Assembly: GCA_050273025.1 (NCBI GenBank)
Contig: CP158636.1
Span: 10,044,001 to 10,108,000 of the forward strand
From: Cenococcum geophilum
Lineage: Eukaryota
Length of the DNA stretch: 64,000 bases
Direction of reading: 5' to 3'
The position numbers and the translations under genes were made by a program. Shown here piece after piece: positions 50,273-63,227 of the stretch (its first letter is position 1; each line of letters starts with the position of its first letter). A model generated the notes under the pieces. It saw only the letters and a program-made list of their open reading frames with translations. It searched no databases and had not been told where the DNA came from.

Positions 50273-53200
50273 CTATAGTAGAGGTAATCACCTTAATCCG
50301 TAGAGCGCTCTTTAAAGAAGTAGGCACTTACCCTTAACTAGAAATCTATCTAGACACTTAACGTATACAACCTTGTTAATCACGCTATTTGCGAATGCAT
50401 TAATAGCATCACCTTGCTAGTAGTTTAGGTTAAATATTATAACAATAGCCATTAAGGCTCTAAATAATCTTACTATTAAAGTTGCGGTATAGGTGTCCTT
50501 ATAAACTAACTTTTATAAATCACCTTATATATAAAGACAAGCTTTAAATCTCATTAGAGATCCGTTAATATTAGTCTTATATATAAATACCCAGATAATA
50601 GGTACAGTTTTAATATGGATTATTTTATTAACGACTTAAAACGTTCCTTAATTTTAAAGGTCTATATACTCCTTCTAAGTAATAGCCGCGAACTCTTCCT
50701 TATATTAATGTCTTTAAAGCTCCTTCTAATTCCTAGGCGGCGGTAAAAGCTAATCGCAGTATAGCTTTTTATAAAATATAAGCCCTATATTAAAGGCTAA
50801 TCTTTAAGCTAAAAGGCTCTAGTCAGTAATATTAGCAAGAAAGCCTATGTAGATCTTTAATTATCCTTTAAGTCTCTTTCCTTTAACCACGTTTTACTCT
50901 CCTATATTACTATTAATCTTCTTCTTTAGTTTAGCTTCATTAGTTAAAACTAGGATATAGTGCAGCTTCTTTACTAAGGTATTTAAGGATAGTAGTAAAG
51001 GCTCCAGTAAGTTAGGTTTTAGTATCTTGTTTAGGGTAGAAAGCCCTAGAGCTAAGTTATCTTTAGAGCTTAAATCTTATTACTTACTACTCTTAATATT
51101 AGGCTCTTCCTTATTTCCACCAGATTCTACCTATTATCTCCCTTTAGTATTAACTCAAATCTCATCTTAAGTCTTATTGCTTTTATTAAACGACGATTCT
51201 AATTCGTCTTAGAGATCCTATATTTAATAGATATTAATAATTTCTAATATTTAGTTAGTTCTAACTTAGAGTATATTCGCCAGATCTGGCTATAAGTTAT
51301 TATAAAGTAACCGCTTATTAAACTTTATATCTCTAGTTCTTATAACCTTCTTTTAACTAGGAATGTAGATTTGGAATATATTTATTAAATTATATCCTAC
51401 TAGATATCCTATATAGGCCCTTAGCGTAAGCTTATTTAGGCATAAGATATTATACTTAAAAGGGTAGGCCCTATAGCTGTAGACTTATAGGTGGCCTATA
51501 TTTAGTTTTAGTGGTAATATACCTATAGCTAACTAGATTCTTTTAAAAGGCGTCTACCACCTAAGTCTTCTACTAGGCGTTTAATTAAGTAGATAGGCAG
51601 CTGCTTTATAGATTTTAGAATATAGCTCCTCTAGTAAATAAGCCTTAATTCTTATATACTAAGCCTTCTGTATAATTACCCCCCTAAATCATTCCGCTGG
51701 ACCGTTCTGTAATTAAGTATTAAGTGCTAATCTTTTAATACTAATTCCTCGTTCAGCTGCCTATTCCTTGAATTCGCCTATAAGAGACGTCTCTCTATCT
51801 ATATAGATAATGGCTACCTTAAAGCCATATCATCGTTCAATGATATTACAATATTTAATGACAATTTAGGTAAGGGACGACTTCTTAGCCATCATCTCTA
51901 CCTCATTCATTTACGTTACGTCGTTAAGGAAGTATACCGCGTACTTATTGCTATTAAATGCGACTATTCCGGGTATTAAATTAAGGTGGATTCTATAAAA
52001 AGGAACTAGTGACCAAGTCGGAGGTCTTCTAGATACCACCTTATAAGCTTTACTTACTCCACACGATTTACATTCTACCGTTGTTAGGCCTTTTACAATT
52101 ACGCCCGTTACTAACTAAGGTAGTTGCTTAATTGCGTCTTTTCCTATATAGCCTATTCGCTAGTGCTATATATAGCCTTCTACCTAATTCAGCAGAGGCT
52201 TTAATGAATGCTTTATTAGCTTTAATTAAGTCGCAAATAAAGCCTTAAATAAGTCACTTTTTGGCTTATTATATTCGATAGTGTTTTAACCATAGTAGCG
52301 GCCACAGTAGGCGTACGTCTCATTGTTACTATAGAAGAGAATATTCTCTTTATTGTTCTAGTAGACTCCCTTATCATTAAGCTTATTAAGACATACTAAG
52401 TTAGTATAGAAGCCTGGTATAAAGGCTACTCCTAAGAGCTATATCTATCTCTTCCCTTTTAGGTTGTTAATTATAACTACAGCTATACTATAGCCTATAA
52501 TTTCTTCTATATGTAAGCCCATATAAACGCGTTCTATTGTAGGCTTAATATTACTAATAAACCTAGCTCTATTGTTAAAGACGTGTAGGCTAGTTCCTAA
52601 GTTAAGAATTATACTATCGCGAAGCTCGTAATTGGAAGTTGTGTTATTAGATCCTATATAATGAATTATAAAGTTTCCGGTAGGCCCTTATAAGCTCTAA
52701 TTACTGCCTTCCTTTAGCTTTTTATTAGCTTAATTGTCCTTCTTATTAGCTTAATTATCCTTTTTAATTTACTTAATATAAGCCTTAATTTCGGGCGTTA
52801 TATTAGCAATTTTCTTATCCACCTTCTTCTAAATTTTGTTACTTGGTTTAAACTATAATAGGCGAGGAATTAACTCTACAATATACTAGTATTTATTAAA
52901 GTAGTAACGTTTTCCGTATAGGCACTCTAGCGGCGATTACCTTTCCTTCTTCTACTTATCTGCTAACAATTAAGATTTTAATTTAGGCTTTAAATTTAGT
53001 AACTCGTCTTTAAAGGTAACTCTAAATAATCCTCCCTATAGGGTTTTACCCTTCTAGGCGAGGTCCATATAACGGTGGTTTTAGTATATTTTAACTAGTT
53101 TAAAGAAGGTAGGAAGCGTCTTCTTCTCCTACTTACGCTTATTAAGCTCGTTCTTCTAATATTCTAACCAGCTTAGTATAATTAATTTAACTATATATAT

Positions 53201-54159
53201 AAAGTCTTTCACTAAACAATTACTATCTACCTTAGGTAGAGCTTACTCCTTATACTTAGTGTATACCTTCTCCCACTCTTATAACTAGACCTTAAAGTTC
53301 TAGTTTTAAGGCGCCTTCTTGAGCTTTATATATTAAGTAGCTATTTAAAGCTTTTAGGCATAGTTAGTTGGAGTAATTCTCTTCTTAAGAGATACTAAGA
53401 CGTTATAGGTAGTGGTGCATTTAAACGTGTAGATAAGATAGGTATATAAGATAGAGCTTAGGATATAGCTGCGCAACATATTAAGAGCTAATAGCTGTTT
53501 TCTATATAGCTTTATATTATCCCTATAGTTGGCTTTAAGCATACAGAGCTCCTTCTTCTCCTCCTTATCTAGGTCCGCGAGCTTCGTCTTCCCCTAGCTA
53601 TTGGCATCCTTAGGTAAGGCTTAAATAGGTTCTTTAAGCTATAGCAGATTAGTCTTAGGTGTTAATAGGTTAACATACTTCCAGAAACAATTATTATTCG
53701 CTTTTAACTTAATAACCTTAATCCATTCGTCCTAATTGTTTAGGCTTACAAGGATAACAGATAATATAATAACGGGAGGGGTTTCTTATTAAGAAGTCAT
53801 TGTGGGTAGTTGTCTATAATTAAGATAATAATTAAAATTAATAGGAATAAAGGCTTTAGAATTAAAGATGATGCAGTAGACGGCCTAGGCTTATAACTAT
53901 TAAATGGACGATTAGGAATAAGAACTCTGTTTTATTAAAGAGGGCTCTAGAAGCTCTTTTATATACATTAGGTAGGTCCCAAATACAATAACGATGACGT
54001 CGTCATGTAGTAGGTTATAGTTAAGAGAAATAGGTAATAAGACGTTCGATGAGACATATGAGCTTAAGATATGAGATAACTGAGACATAGTTCGTATAGA
54101 CGATCTAGGTCGTTAGACAGTATTATGATGGTAGTAAGGAACTTCGATTCAGGTCGACA
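50273..54159 (-). mobile_element. Ty1/Copia retrotransposon (non-GalEa), RIP-inactivated, 3' truncated within RT
   Basis: 5' LTR 53898-54159 (TGTCG...), PBS-like gttataagcc. Protease LRDSIILNLGTSLHVFN (~52575-52624), integrase, RT FKACLYI.GD (~50520-50548), GDAINAFANS (~50385-50414) and RALYGLR.LPLL ending at 50273. No RNase H or 3' LTR. Confidence 0.88.
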
Positions 54160-55246
54160 ATAGCCCTTTGGGTATCTCTTTTGATAGGCCTTAACGAATC
54201 TGGCCACAAATGCATCGTACCTCTCTCCGGCCGCGTGGGGTTGACGCAATCCAAGGTATAGCTCATCATCTAAGAGCTCTTTATTCTATGGGACGGTCAG
54301 TCAAAATTCTAGGTAAAGTCAGCCATGACATACATTAGTTCCATAGTCTAATACTACGGGCAAGGTCCGTGAAGGGTGAATGCCGGCACATAGAGTGTAG
54401 ATGACCAGCTTCGCAACGCTGATAAGTATTGCGCCAACGCCCTGATCGCCGATGCCAAGAATCTGTTGTATTTGTTAAAAATAATTTCGGATTCGAAGGC
54501 GGTAGTTGACTAACCTGTTCGCCATCGCTAACGACAATGACGTCTATATCCTCTGGATTGCCCCATTGATCTATGTTATCTTCTATCCGATCCTGATCCT
54601 CGATATTCAGGAAGCAGCCTTCGGGTCTCCGGAAAAGCCTCGAGTAGTTTTGGATAGCTTCTCCTTCAGTTGGGGTGTATATGACTGAGAACATCTCTTT
54701 TAGGTGATTTTGGATAAGCTAGGCACTAATCAGCAAGCCGGAATATGGAAAATATATATCGGTATACCTTATAGAAGAGTACTTCATTTTGCTCCCTCAT
54801 ACTAGTCATGAATGAGTTCTTTGCTAGGTCGTTTGGTCGACTGCTGTATTGTTCGTATGCTCGTTGAACCTGCTCTTCTAGAGTTTGGATGTTCGGAGGG
54901 AGGAGACCATGTAGTTTGAACACCTTCCGCTCTTCCTTAGAGAAGGCAGAGCCTTTGTTAAAATAAGGTGTCCGCAGTAAAGCATTGCCCTGCCGGTATT
55001 ACTTTTAGCTTGCCGATGAACAGTGCGAAAGGACAATACCGTCAATGCGCATTCTTGAGGGCCTGAAGTAGAGAGCGGTAGGTGACCAAATTTTGGGTGC
55101 TTTTTGTCCTTTAGATTTGAGCCCATAATTGATGTGCTGTGAAATGGGCGGAAGGCTCGGAGGTGCCTTGATAAGAGAAAAAGATTTGGTCGCAGGAAGA
55201 CTGGCGACTGTGATCTGAGCCCTAGAAGCTGCAATTGAGGCGACAT
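54160..55246 (-). pseudogene. NAD(P)-dependent malic enzyme, 5' part only (probable mitochondrial presequence); truncated by the Copia
   Basis: [95 protein letters not shown] and then LTR. The expected IHFEDF and the remaining C-terminal part are absent from the window. Confidence 0.88.
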
Positions 55247-55708
55247 GCGGTCAGCATAGAACCGAAGACTCTTATATGGCTATAATATCTTGTTGTTTTG
55301 GCTCAGGGATCTTTAGCAAGAACTTGATAGCTGTAGGCGACATTATGACGTCGCTAGCTTGCGTGCATGAATCCTGAGAACTGTCGGTGGCTGATATACC
55401 CTTGTAAGTAAGGTGACTGGAAGCCACCCTACTAGCTTTATAAGTAGACGGCCTCCCGTAGTAGATAGCATGCAATTAAGCAACTCAACCCTATATTTCA
55501 TCAAGAACGTACAAAGAATGGTGAGCCTTTGTTGAGGCTAAATCTCCTGGTTCCAGCAATACATTGCCTATTTGGGCATGTACAAGGTGTAGGAATAGAG
55601 AAAAAATTTAAACGGATGGTGGCTAGATGAAGGATGCGCGGTCTACATTAATCTCCGTATGGTATGACCATTGGGAGGGCGGGGTCGCTTGGTTTATCTC
55701 ATGAATCA

Positions 55709-55831
55709 GACGCTCCGTAGCAGAATTTTAACCGAACTCAGTTAGATCAACACGTGCTTGGTTACGGGGCGGGCACACTAGAAAATCACTCATATCTGCT
55801 CCCTATATTTAAAAATTCTGAACGGAGCGTC
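55709..55831. mobile_element. Fold-back MITE A (flanked by TCA / TGA)
   Basis: tcaGACGCTCCGTagcagaatttt ... aaaattctgaACGGAGCGTCtga. Confidence 0.7.
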
Positions 55832-55834
55832 TGA

Positions 55835-56485
55835 GAGCTTATGGGCGTCGCTTTGGTGAGATTTGAATGTTTTAAAAATTAAATTTTGTGTATTTTTACG
55901 AGCGACGTCCTAACCACAAGACCTATTATATATTTTATTGATGCAATAGATTCTTTAGGTAATTATATCTATATATTTATAAATTATAACCCCCTACTAA
56001 GAATACTAGGGGGCGAGATACATCGTCGCAGAACGTAAGTCAGATGTTCAATTTGAATGTTTTTACGGATCTGTAGATTTTAACTAAAACCGACCAACTA
56101 CCTATATCTAACTTCTTATAAAATAGAGCTATAATATTGCCGTAACGTAGAGGCGATAGAGAAAATAAAGAGCTTTTAGCTTATAGTATTTTAGAAATAA
56201 TTAGATGTAGAGAAGTATGTAAGGTATAGCAGTGAGGCAAAATTATAACAAAATTGCGACAAAATACTGACCATAAATGCGACCGACTGCCTATATCTAA
56301 TATTTTATATAATATAGCTACAACGTTGTTTTTTAATGCAATAGATAGAGAAGCTAAAGAGCTCTTACCTCGTAGTATTTTTATAATAACTAGACGTTGT
56401 GAAATAGTTGAGATACAGCAGTGAAAAAGGTGATTTTTGCTGCATTTTAACGCTGCATTCTCACCAAAGCGACGCCCATAAGCTC
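55835..56485. mobile_element. Non-autonomous TIR element B (651 bp; flanked by TGA / TCA), PIF/Harbinger-like ends, internal ~190-bp duplication
   Basis: Perfect 27-bp TIR GAGCTTATGGGCGTCGCTTTGGTGAGA; AT-rich interior; ~56085-56237 is similar to ~56275-56427. Confidence 0.85.
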
Positions 56486-56488
56486 TCA

Positions 56489-56576
56489 GACCCTCGGGGG
56501 AGAATTTCGTTGGTTAATAAGGAGCAGTATGCCCGCCCGTGCGCGTAGTGCACGTACCAACGCTCCCCCGAGGGTC
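56489..56576. mobile_element. Fold-back MITE C (flanked by TCA / TGA)
   Basis: tcaGACCCTCGGGGGAG ... CTCCCCCGAGGGTCtga, a perfect inverted repeat. Confidence 0.75.
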
Positions 56577-56697
56577 TGATTTATGAGATAACGCTTGGTT
56601 CTGTAGTTTCACGGACCACAAGCACAGACCCCTTTTCAATTTGCAGATCTGGCTCGTCTGCCCACCTGATACAACTCCGTAAGTAATATTCACAGAG

Positions 56698-57537
56698 ATG
56701 GAGCCTGAATCGGCCCTGGGAACAAATAAACCCATCTACCGAAAGCACTTCATCCCACTTGAATCCAATCCAGAACCTTTTACTGAACTGATTCACGAGC
56801 TTGGCATACTGCCTTCTCTCTGCTTTCAAGATGTGCTATCTCTGGACGATCCTGAGCTGCTGGCATTTGTTCCACGCCCAGCTTTTGCTTTGGTACTAAT
56901 ATTTCCAACCTCTGATGCTTACCAAAACCAAAAGGCCATGGAGGAGGCCATGCGGAATGAGTATCATGGCAGCGGTGATGGAGAGGAAGTTGTATGGTTC
57001 AAGCAAACGATCAATAACGCCTGTGGACTCTACGGCATACTTCACGCAGTGTGCAATGGTGCCGCTAGAAGTTATATTGGTGAGGAATGCAACTCATTTA
57101 CTCGTGCTCCCTATACCCCCTAATGTTTCCCCAAAACGTGCCCCGTTCTAACTAGCCCACGCACAGCTTCAGATTCGACACTTTCGAAGCTGCTAGAAGA
57201 AGGCTTGTCTCTCCAACCAGATGAACGCGCTAAGATCCTTGAAGACAACGAAGAGGTAGAATCTGCTTATGCGACAGTAGCTCGGCAAGGGGACTCAGAA
57301 GTCCCTGAGAATCCAGAGGACGAAGTCGACTTTCACTATGTTTGCTTCGTCAGGTCATCCAAGAGCGGTCACATATATGAGCTGGACGGTGACCGGAAGG
57401 GCCCAATAGATCGAGGGAAGTTCGAGGGCGCAGAGGACATGCTATCCGAAGGTTGCTTAAACCTAGTACGAGATTTTATTACTAAAGAGAAGGGCAATCT
57501 GAATTTTAGCCTCATGGCTCTAGTGTTGAACGAGTAA
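56698..57537 (+). CDS. YUH1: Ubiquitin C-terminal hydrolase (peptidase C12, UCH-L3/Yuh1-like), one intron ~57080-57167
   Basis: FIPLESNPE, WFKQTINNACGLYGILHA (Gln/Cys), DFHYVCFV (His), YELDGDRKGP (Asp). Confidence 0.92.
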
Positions 57538-58207
57538 TTTGAGCAGTACAAGAAACTTCTTCTACAGCAAAGGTTCGTTGCCTTCCCAGATTATTTGAAG
57601 GAACTGGGTATATGTAGGGCGCAAGGAGTCACACTCTTTGTAGATCTCCAAAGAGCAAGAAGTGTGAACTATGAAAGCCCTGAATTCATCTTGCAACAAG
57701 CGCACTTATACCACGAGGGTAGAACCCCGGCCATACAACCCCATCCAACGCAGGACGCGATGAAAAGGGCTGCTCTTCGAAGAAGAACTTCTCGATTGTC
57801 TCCTGGAGGAGGAAGTGGCCGGTTCGTGCAGTTGCGGGTGCGGACTTAGCACAGAAACTACAATAATTTACTAGGAGAGCATTTCATAAAACGGTTAGTG
57901 GTAGTTCTAGTAGTGAGATGGGCAAGTCTTGATATCATTGCCTTCTTCACCACGCTTGAGCATGTTGGTCTTCCAGGGCTTGAGGAAAGAAAAATTCATG
58001 AAGCAGAATTGTGACTCAGCACTATAACGAGTCACGTGCACGCTAGCTGGCACGACTTGACCTCACCTGCGCTCACAACTTTTAACCTTTACTCCCTCAT
58101 ATCCTTTCATCAACAACCTACCAACAACTTACGTCAGTGTGCCGCTTCGCTTTAAATACTGCTTCATACTCCAGTTCACTCCCAGTTCCTGACGTGAAAT
58201 CTCTAAC

Positions 58208-59927
58208 ATGACGAAAAAGAAGCGCGGCCACCCCGATTTACAAGAGAAGCTTGACCGTCCATGGTGCTACTATTGTGAGCGTGACTTTGACGATTTGAAG
58301 ATTCTTATATCGCACCAGAAGGCTAAGCACTTCAAGTGTGAGCGATGCGGCCGTCGACTGAACACGGCTGGAGGTATGTTTGATTCTGCTCTTCGAAGCT
58401 CCGTCGCATTAAAGCTCGGCAGCATACTAGTCATTTGACAGAGCTAACTTTTCGGATAGGGCTCAATGTTCATATGAATCAAGTCCATAAAGAGACTCTT
58501 GCAAATGTCGAAAACGCGCTTCCTAACCGTCAAGGGTTGGACATCGAGATTTTTGGAATGGAGGGTATCCCGGGTGATGTCGTTGAGGCGCACAACCAGC
58601 GCGTCATCCAGCAACATTACGCAGATGAACAGGAGAGAGCAGCAGTAACCGGCAATCCGGTTGGTGGTAGCAATGGTGCTGGTGCCGGCAACGCCAACAA
58701 GAGACCAAAATTCGAGAGCCCCTCAGACTTAAAGAAGCGTCTAGCTGAGCACAAAGCAAAGAAAGCTGTACAAGAAGCGGGCGGTAGTAGTGGGGATGTA
58801 ACGCCGCTGGGTGCCGGGCAAGGCACGCAGAGTCCTGGAGTAGGTCATAGCCCTGGTGGATTTGTGAGTGTTTTTCGTTGACCTCATTCCATGCCTAATC
58901 TCGTGCATACTTCTCCTGGACCTCGTGTGGTTCTCTTCCTATGTTTTCCAGTTATCCTCACTCATTGTCGCCTTTGAATGTTTCCTTTCCCCCATCTAGC
59001 ACATCGGGCTAACAATCATAATAGCCGCCCGCTGGCTCACCTCCATTTATGCCACACCAACAAGGCTTCTCTGGAGTGCATGGCAGTCCACAGCCAGCCT
59101 TCTCTCAACCTTATGGGCAGCCTCCATTTTCCCAGGCAGCCCAACAACCTACATTCCCTTCGCAGGCGCCATTTCCCCAGCAACAGCCTCCCTTTGTTCC
59201 TCACCAACAGCCTGGGTTTGCGTCACCACCTTTACAACAATATCCACCTCCGGGCGGTGCACCATACTCTGCTTCAGGTCAACAATTTCCTCCACCTGGT
59301 GGACCTCAGTACCAGCCTCCATTTCAAACGGGTCCACCACACCAATTTGGTGCTGGCTCTCCACCTCTGCCATTCCACGCGGCGCAGAATCAGCAACCAC
59401 CTGCGCCTAGTCGGACTCCACCAATGAATGGAGCCGTACCCCAGCGACAAGGCAGTCTACCTGCGCCACCAGGGCTTCCACAACGCCCGTCTTTCGGTGC
59501 CCCGCATGTCAACGCATTCCAGCTGCAACAAATGCATCAAGGCCACCTTCCAAGCGCTCCGAATGCTCCACCTGGAACAGTTCAGAGCCAGCCTTCTGCT
59601 AATACCGCTCCTGGTCACGCTACAAATCAAGAGCACATACCTGAGCCGAGAGAGTTATCTAGCTCTGCTATTGCGGCCTCTGTTGATGAGCTTATCTCAA
59701 CAGCTAAAGGTGCAGCAACTCCGACGACTCCTAACGCCGAAGCTAGTTCGGAGAAGAAATCTAAGAAAGACAAGGACAAGGCTACTAGACTTGTCTACTC
59801 AGACGAAGAAGTAAGTCCCGAGGAGAAGATGTCGAAACTGCCCAGGTACGCATTCGTTCCAGATCGCAAAGAAGAGACAGTGTTAGGAACTCCCGAAGGT
59901 GCTGTCATTGGAACAGTGGACGCCTAA
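58208..59927 (+). CDS. ZNF207/BuGZ-like C2H2 zinc-finger protein with Pro/Gln-rich region, two introns
   Basis: [62 protein letters not shown]-terminal [20 protein letters not shown]. Confidence 0.92.
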
Positions 59928-60957
59928 AACACCTACCCAACGGCCTTTTCACGTATTCCCTACGAAGTCCGACGTTTCATCTTGTCAACTTACATTTCAT
60001 GACTCGTTTTATTGGATCTACAAACCGCAGTGTGCCTCAACTGGGAGGGAATGGCGAAGTTTGCAGCAGCCGGTGGATGGAAATGCTGTGGAGCAGCTAA
60101 GTTTGCTGGCTTTTCCGACATACAATTCCAATTACTGGTGTTGAAAATTGATACTTTGCAGCCGGGGACGAGATTTGGAGTATGGAGGTAACCACGGTTA
60201 CGGGTTGAGCGAGTCATAATCACTCTGACGATCCAGCGTCGGTGAGTGGATTAGTTGGTTTCTTTCTTTTGTGTCTGCCTATTTTTTCATTCGGATAATT
60301 CGATCAGTGCGTAGAGGCTGATGGCTGGGTGACGGAAGGCCTCCTCCCCATCATCCCTGCCGCGAACAACTCCTGGTACCTGCTTCTTGCTTTCACTACT
60401 ACCAATGTAAGTCTGAACAACGGTTGGTCTTCCCTTCCATAGATGCTCTGAAACTTGCTTCCCATGCATGGCTAGATGGTATATACTGCTGTAAGTTGTG
60501 ACTTTGTAGACGTGTTTATTAGAACAATTTAACCAAAAAGTAACGAACCCTTTCCGTGTTCACCTCCCTAGGTCTCTAATCATGTAGCACCACGCATATT
60601 CACACATCCGTTGTCCTCTTCAACCGAACAATCTTTTCCACTGAGGCAGTATTTACACTCAACACTTCGACTCATTATTTGTTAGAACGTAAAATACGCT
60701 GCTTCGATTAATTTATCGTAGACGGCCCCGAGATATTACTGGTAAATTCAGAAGCGCGAGCTGCTCCACAAGCAAATTTTCATGGCCGTTAGCTACTGAT
60801 CAGCCGCAGTTAATCAATTAAAGGTGGCACGGGCGCCCGCCAATCCACGCAGGACCCTCTAGCTAATTTTAGGAAATATTCCATTAATTAACTCTACTAG
60901 CCGATTCCCCCATTGTCGCGCACACTTGTTTCGGAGTTTGTAGAGAGCTGCAACAAT

Positions 60958-62662
60958 CTACCAAGTCTTAGGCTGATCAAAATTTCCGGAGGGGAAAATG
61001 TCATCAAGAATATCGTCCCAAGAAGTCCAGACGAACATATTTTCCCAATCTTCTATCTCCGGAGGGGTGATTCTAGAGAAACGGAATTGCCCTGGTGGTT
61101 CCGTGACTCCGTTTTGTGTGGCAGGACAGTTTTGGGAGGAATTCCGTGGTTCAGTTACTGGAACTCGCGCAACTTCTGGATCATCTAACTCTGCATTCGT
61201 CTTTCCGTTGAAGTCGTGGTTGTGGTGGACATCCGACAACCTGCTTAGCGGTGGTGAGTCCATGATAGATCTTGTGTCGGCCCAGGTTTCCGCATTGGCG
61301 TTGTTGGGGATAGAGGTGTGTAATTTACGTCCGCCGTGTTCCCCGATAGCAGAAGCAAGGGGTTGCGGACTGTTGGAAGGTTGCGATTTTAACCCTTTGG
61401 TATAAAGCTCATTGAACATAGTTTCGGTAGGATGGAATTGGACCGGATGCTCACCGTAAAATGTCGTGCCTTCCTTTTCGTGAAGCGTGTGCTGGGGGTT
61501 AGTTATGAAGTTTTTTTGTATTTGGGGGCTGAGAACATTTAGCCCGTAATGCCCGTGTGCATGCTGGTAGGGACCACTCCGTAACAAAGTGTCATTTTCT
61601 GCACTTCTAAGCCGTGGGTTCTGAGACTCTCCCAGGTCTGGCAAGCCAGCCAGTGTTTTGATAGGACTACCTTTCGGTGAACCATGGAGCGGAGGAGTAG
61701 GGTTGCAAATCCTTGGAGACAAAACGGGACCTTCCCTTATGAGCGCGCCGCTCTCATTGTCGTCTTTATGCTGCTCTGGCTGCGGGGCGTACTGTGCAAT
61801 CTTCTGGGAACGTTCATGCTGCATACTGCCAATTTCTAGGCCGGTGTCTTCGGGACTGTAAAAGATAGCTTAGCATGGGATATTGCGACGAGCTAGACCA
61901 AACTTAACCTACCATTCTTCTAGCGGCTGGATGTGCAGTGGCTGGTTGTGCGGCAGCTGCGGTAGCCCATGTTTACACTTAACCTTATTAGCAGTTGGCT
62001 CCAAACAGGGAGAAGAGGCGTACCTTGCGTTTCTTCTTCTTACAGTTGACACACGCACCCTTGACTCTCGTAATTTGATACTCAATTCGTTCTTGCGCAG
62101 TCATAGGTTTCTTCCGCCGTGGGTTCAGCTGTGCGCCGTCGGAAGCCCTCCAGACATCGGTCATCGCGGCTAAGGAAGGGGTGGCGCTGCTAATTTCCCT
62201 AGGGTTAATGGAGGCCTTTACAGACTGCTCTCCTTTTAAGACGGCAGCATACGTTGGACGTGCAGTAGCTGCAGTGATTGTGGATACCGCTTGGTGTGGA
62301 GCAGATTGCGAGTTACGAGATTGACTGATTTTTCCGATCGTCCGCGACAAAGCTTTGGGATTCGAATTACTATGAGAAGATCTAGCTAATGACTCTGAGG
62401 CACCCTTCGTGGTTGGAAGGTTTAATGGCCGTGGGTTCATTTCCTTATGCTCATTGATAATGAAACCCATCAATGCCAGCTTCATCCTTTCCTTATGGGT
62501 CTTACCAGCAGGAAAAGACCGCTTGAGACATTCGAAAAGCTCGTCAGAATCCTTGTCTGGGCTGAACTCGATGCCGGAATATGGATCGTACGGGTCGTTT
62601 GCTTGGGCAGATTTTCGGGAAAGCTTAAAGCCCTTGCTTTTGGGCGTAGAACTTATGGACAT
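60958..62662 (-). CDS. Putative transcription factor with a partial Zn-cluster motif, at least three exons; start uncertain
   Basis: RRKKPMTAQERIEYQITRVKGACVNCKKKKRK, intron (~61980-62022), CKH.., intron (~61857-61914), then a long low-complexity exon ending in an acidic/aromatic tail. Confidence 0.6.
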
Positions 62663-63227
62663 GGTAATGGAGGATATGTCAATTGAGTAGGATAAATGAA
62701 TTTGGTTGAATATATTCTGAACAGCTTGCTACACCGTAAAAAGATGAGGATAAGTAGAAGAGAGCGGATCTCAGCCTTGCAAGGCTAGCATTGGCGGTAA
62801 GAAATTGAATATTTCGATGGCATAGAATTGAATAATATTTGCGGGGAGGAGGCAATGATGGTGAAATAAAGCCAAATGTATAAATGGTGATTTGAATGAG
62901 ATAAATACGCTCGGGTGCAATGAAGCACCGCATTCCCGTATTGGGACTCCGCAACGCCAAGACTCACAAGTATGATGGCGCTAGGCGATATCCCAAAGAC
63001 GCCTTGAAATGCTTTGCTACGGCTCATCAGACCTTGAAATGATAGAATAACCCAACCAGCCGCGATAAAAGTAAATGCGTAAATAAAAATGTATATCGTC
63101 ATCATAGGTTCGTGCCTAACAAATCTCAACGTCCTGCCTCGTTGGAGAAGCCTTTGGTAACTCATACTGATGTCCAAATATGCCTACTCTAGTACGTGAC
63201 GCTTTTGAGCGAAGATAGGTTATAGAG

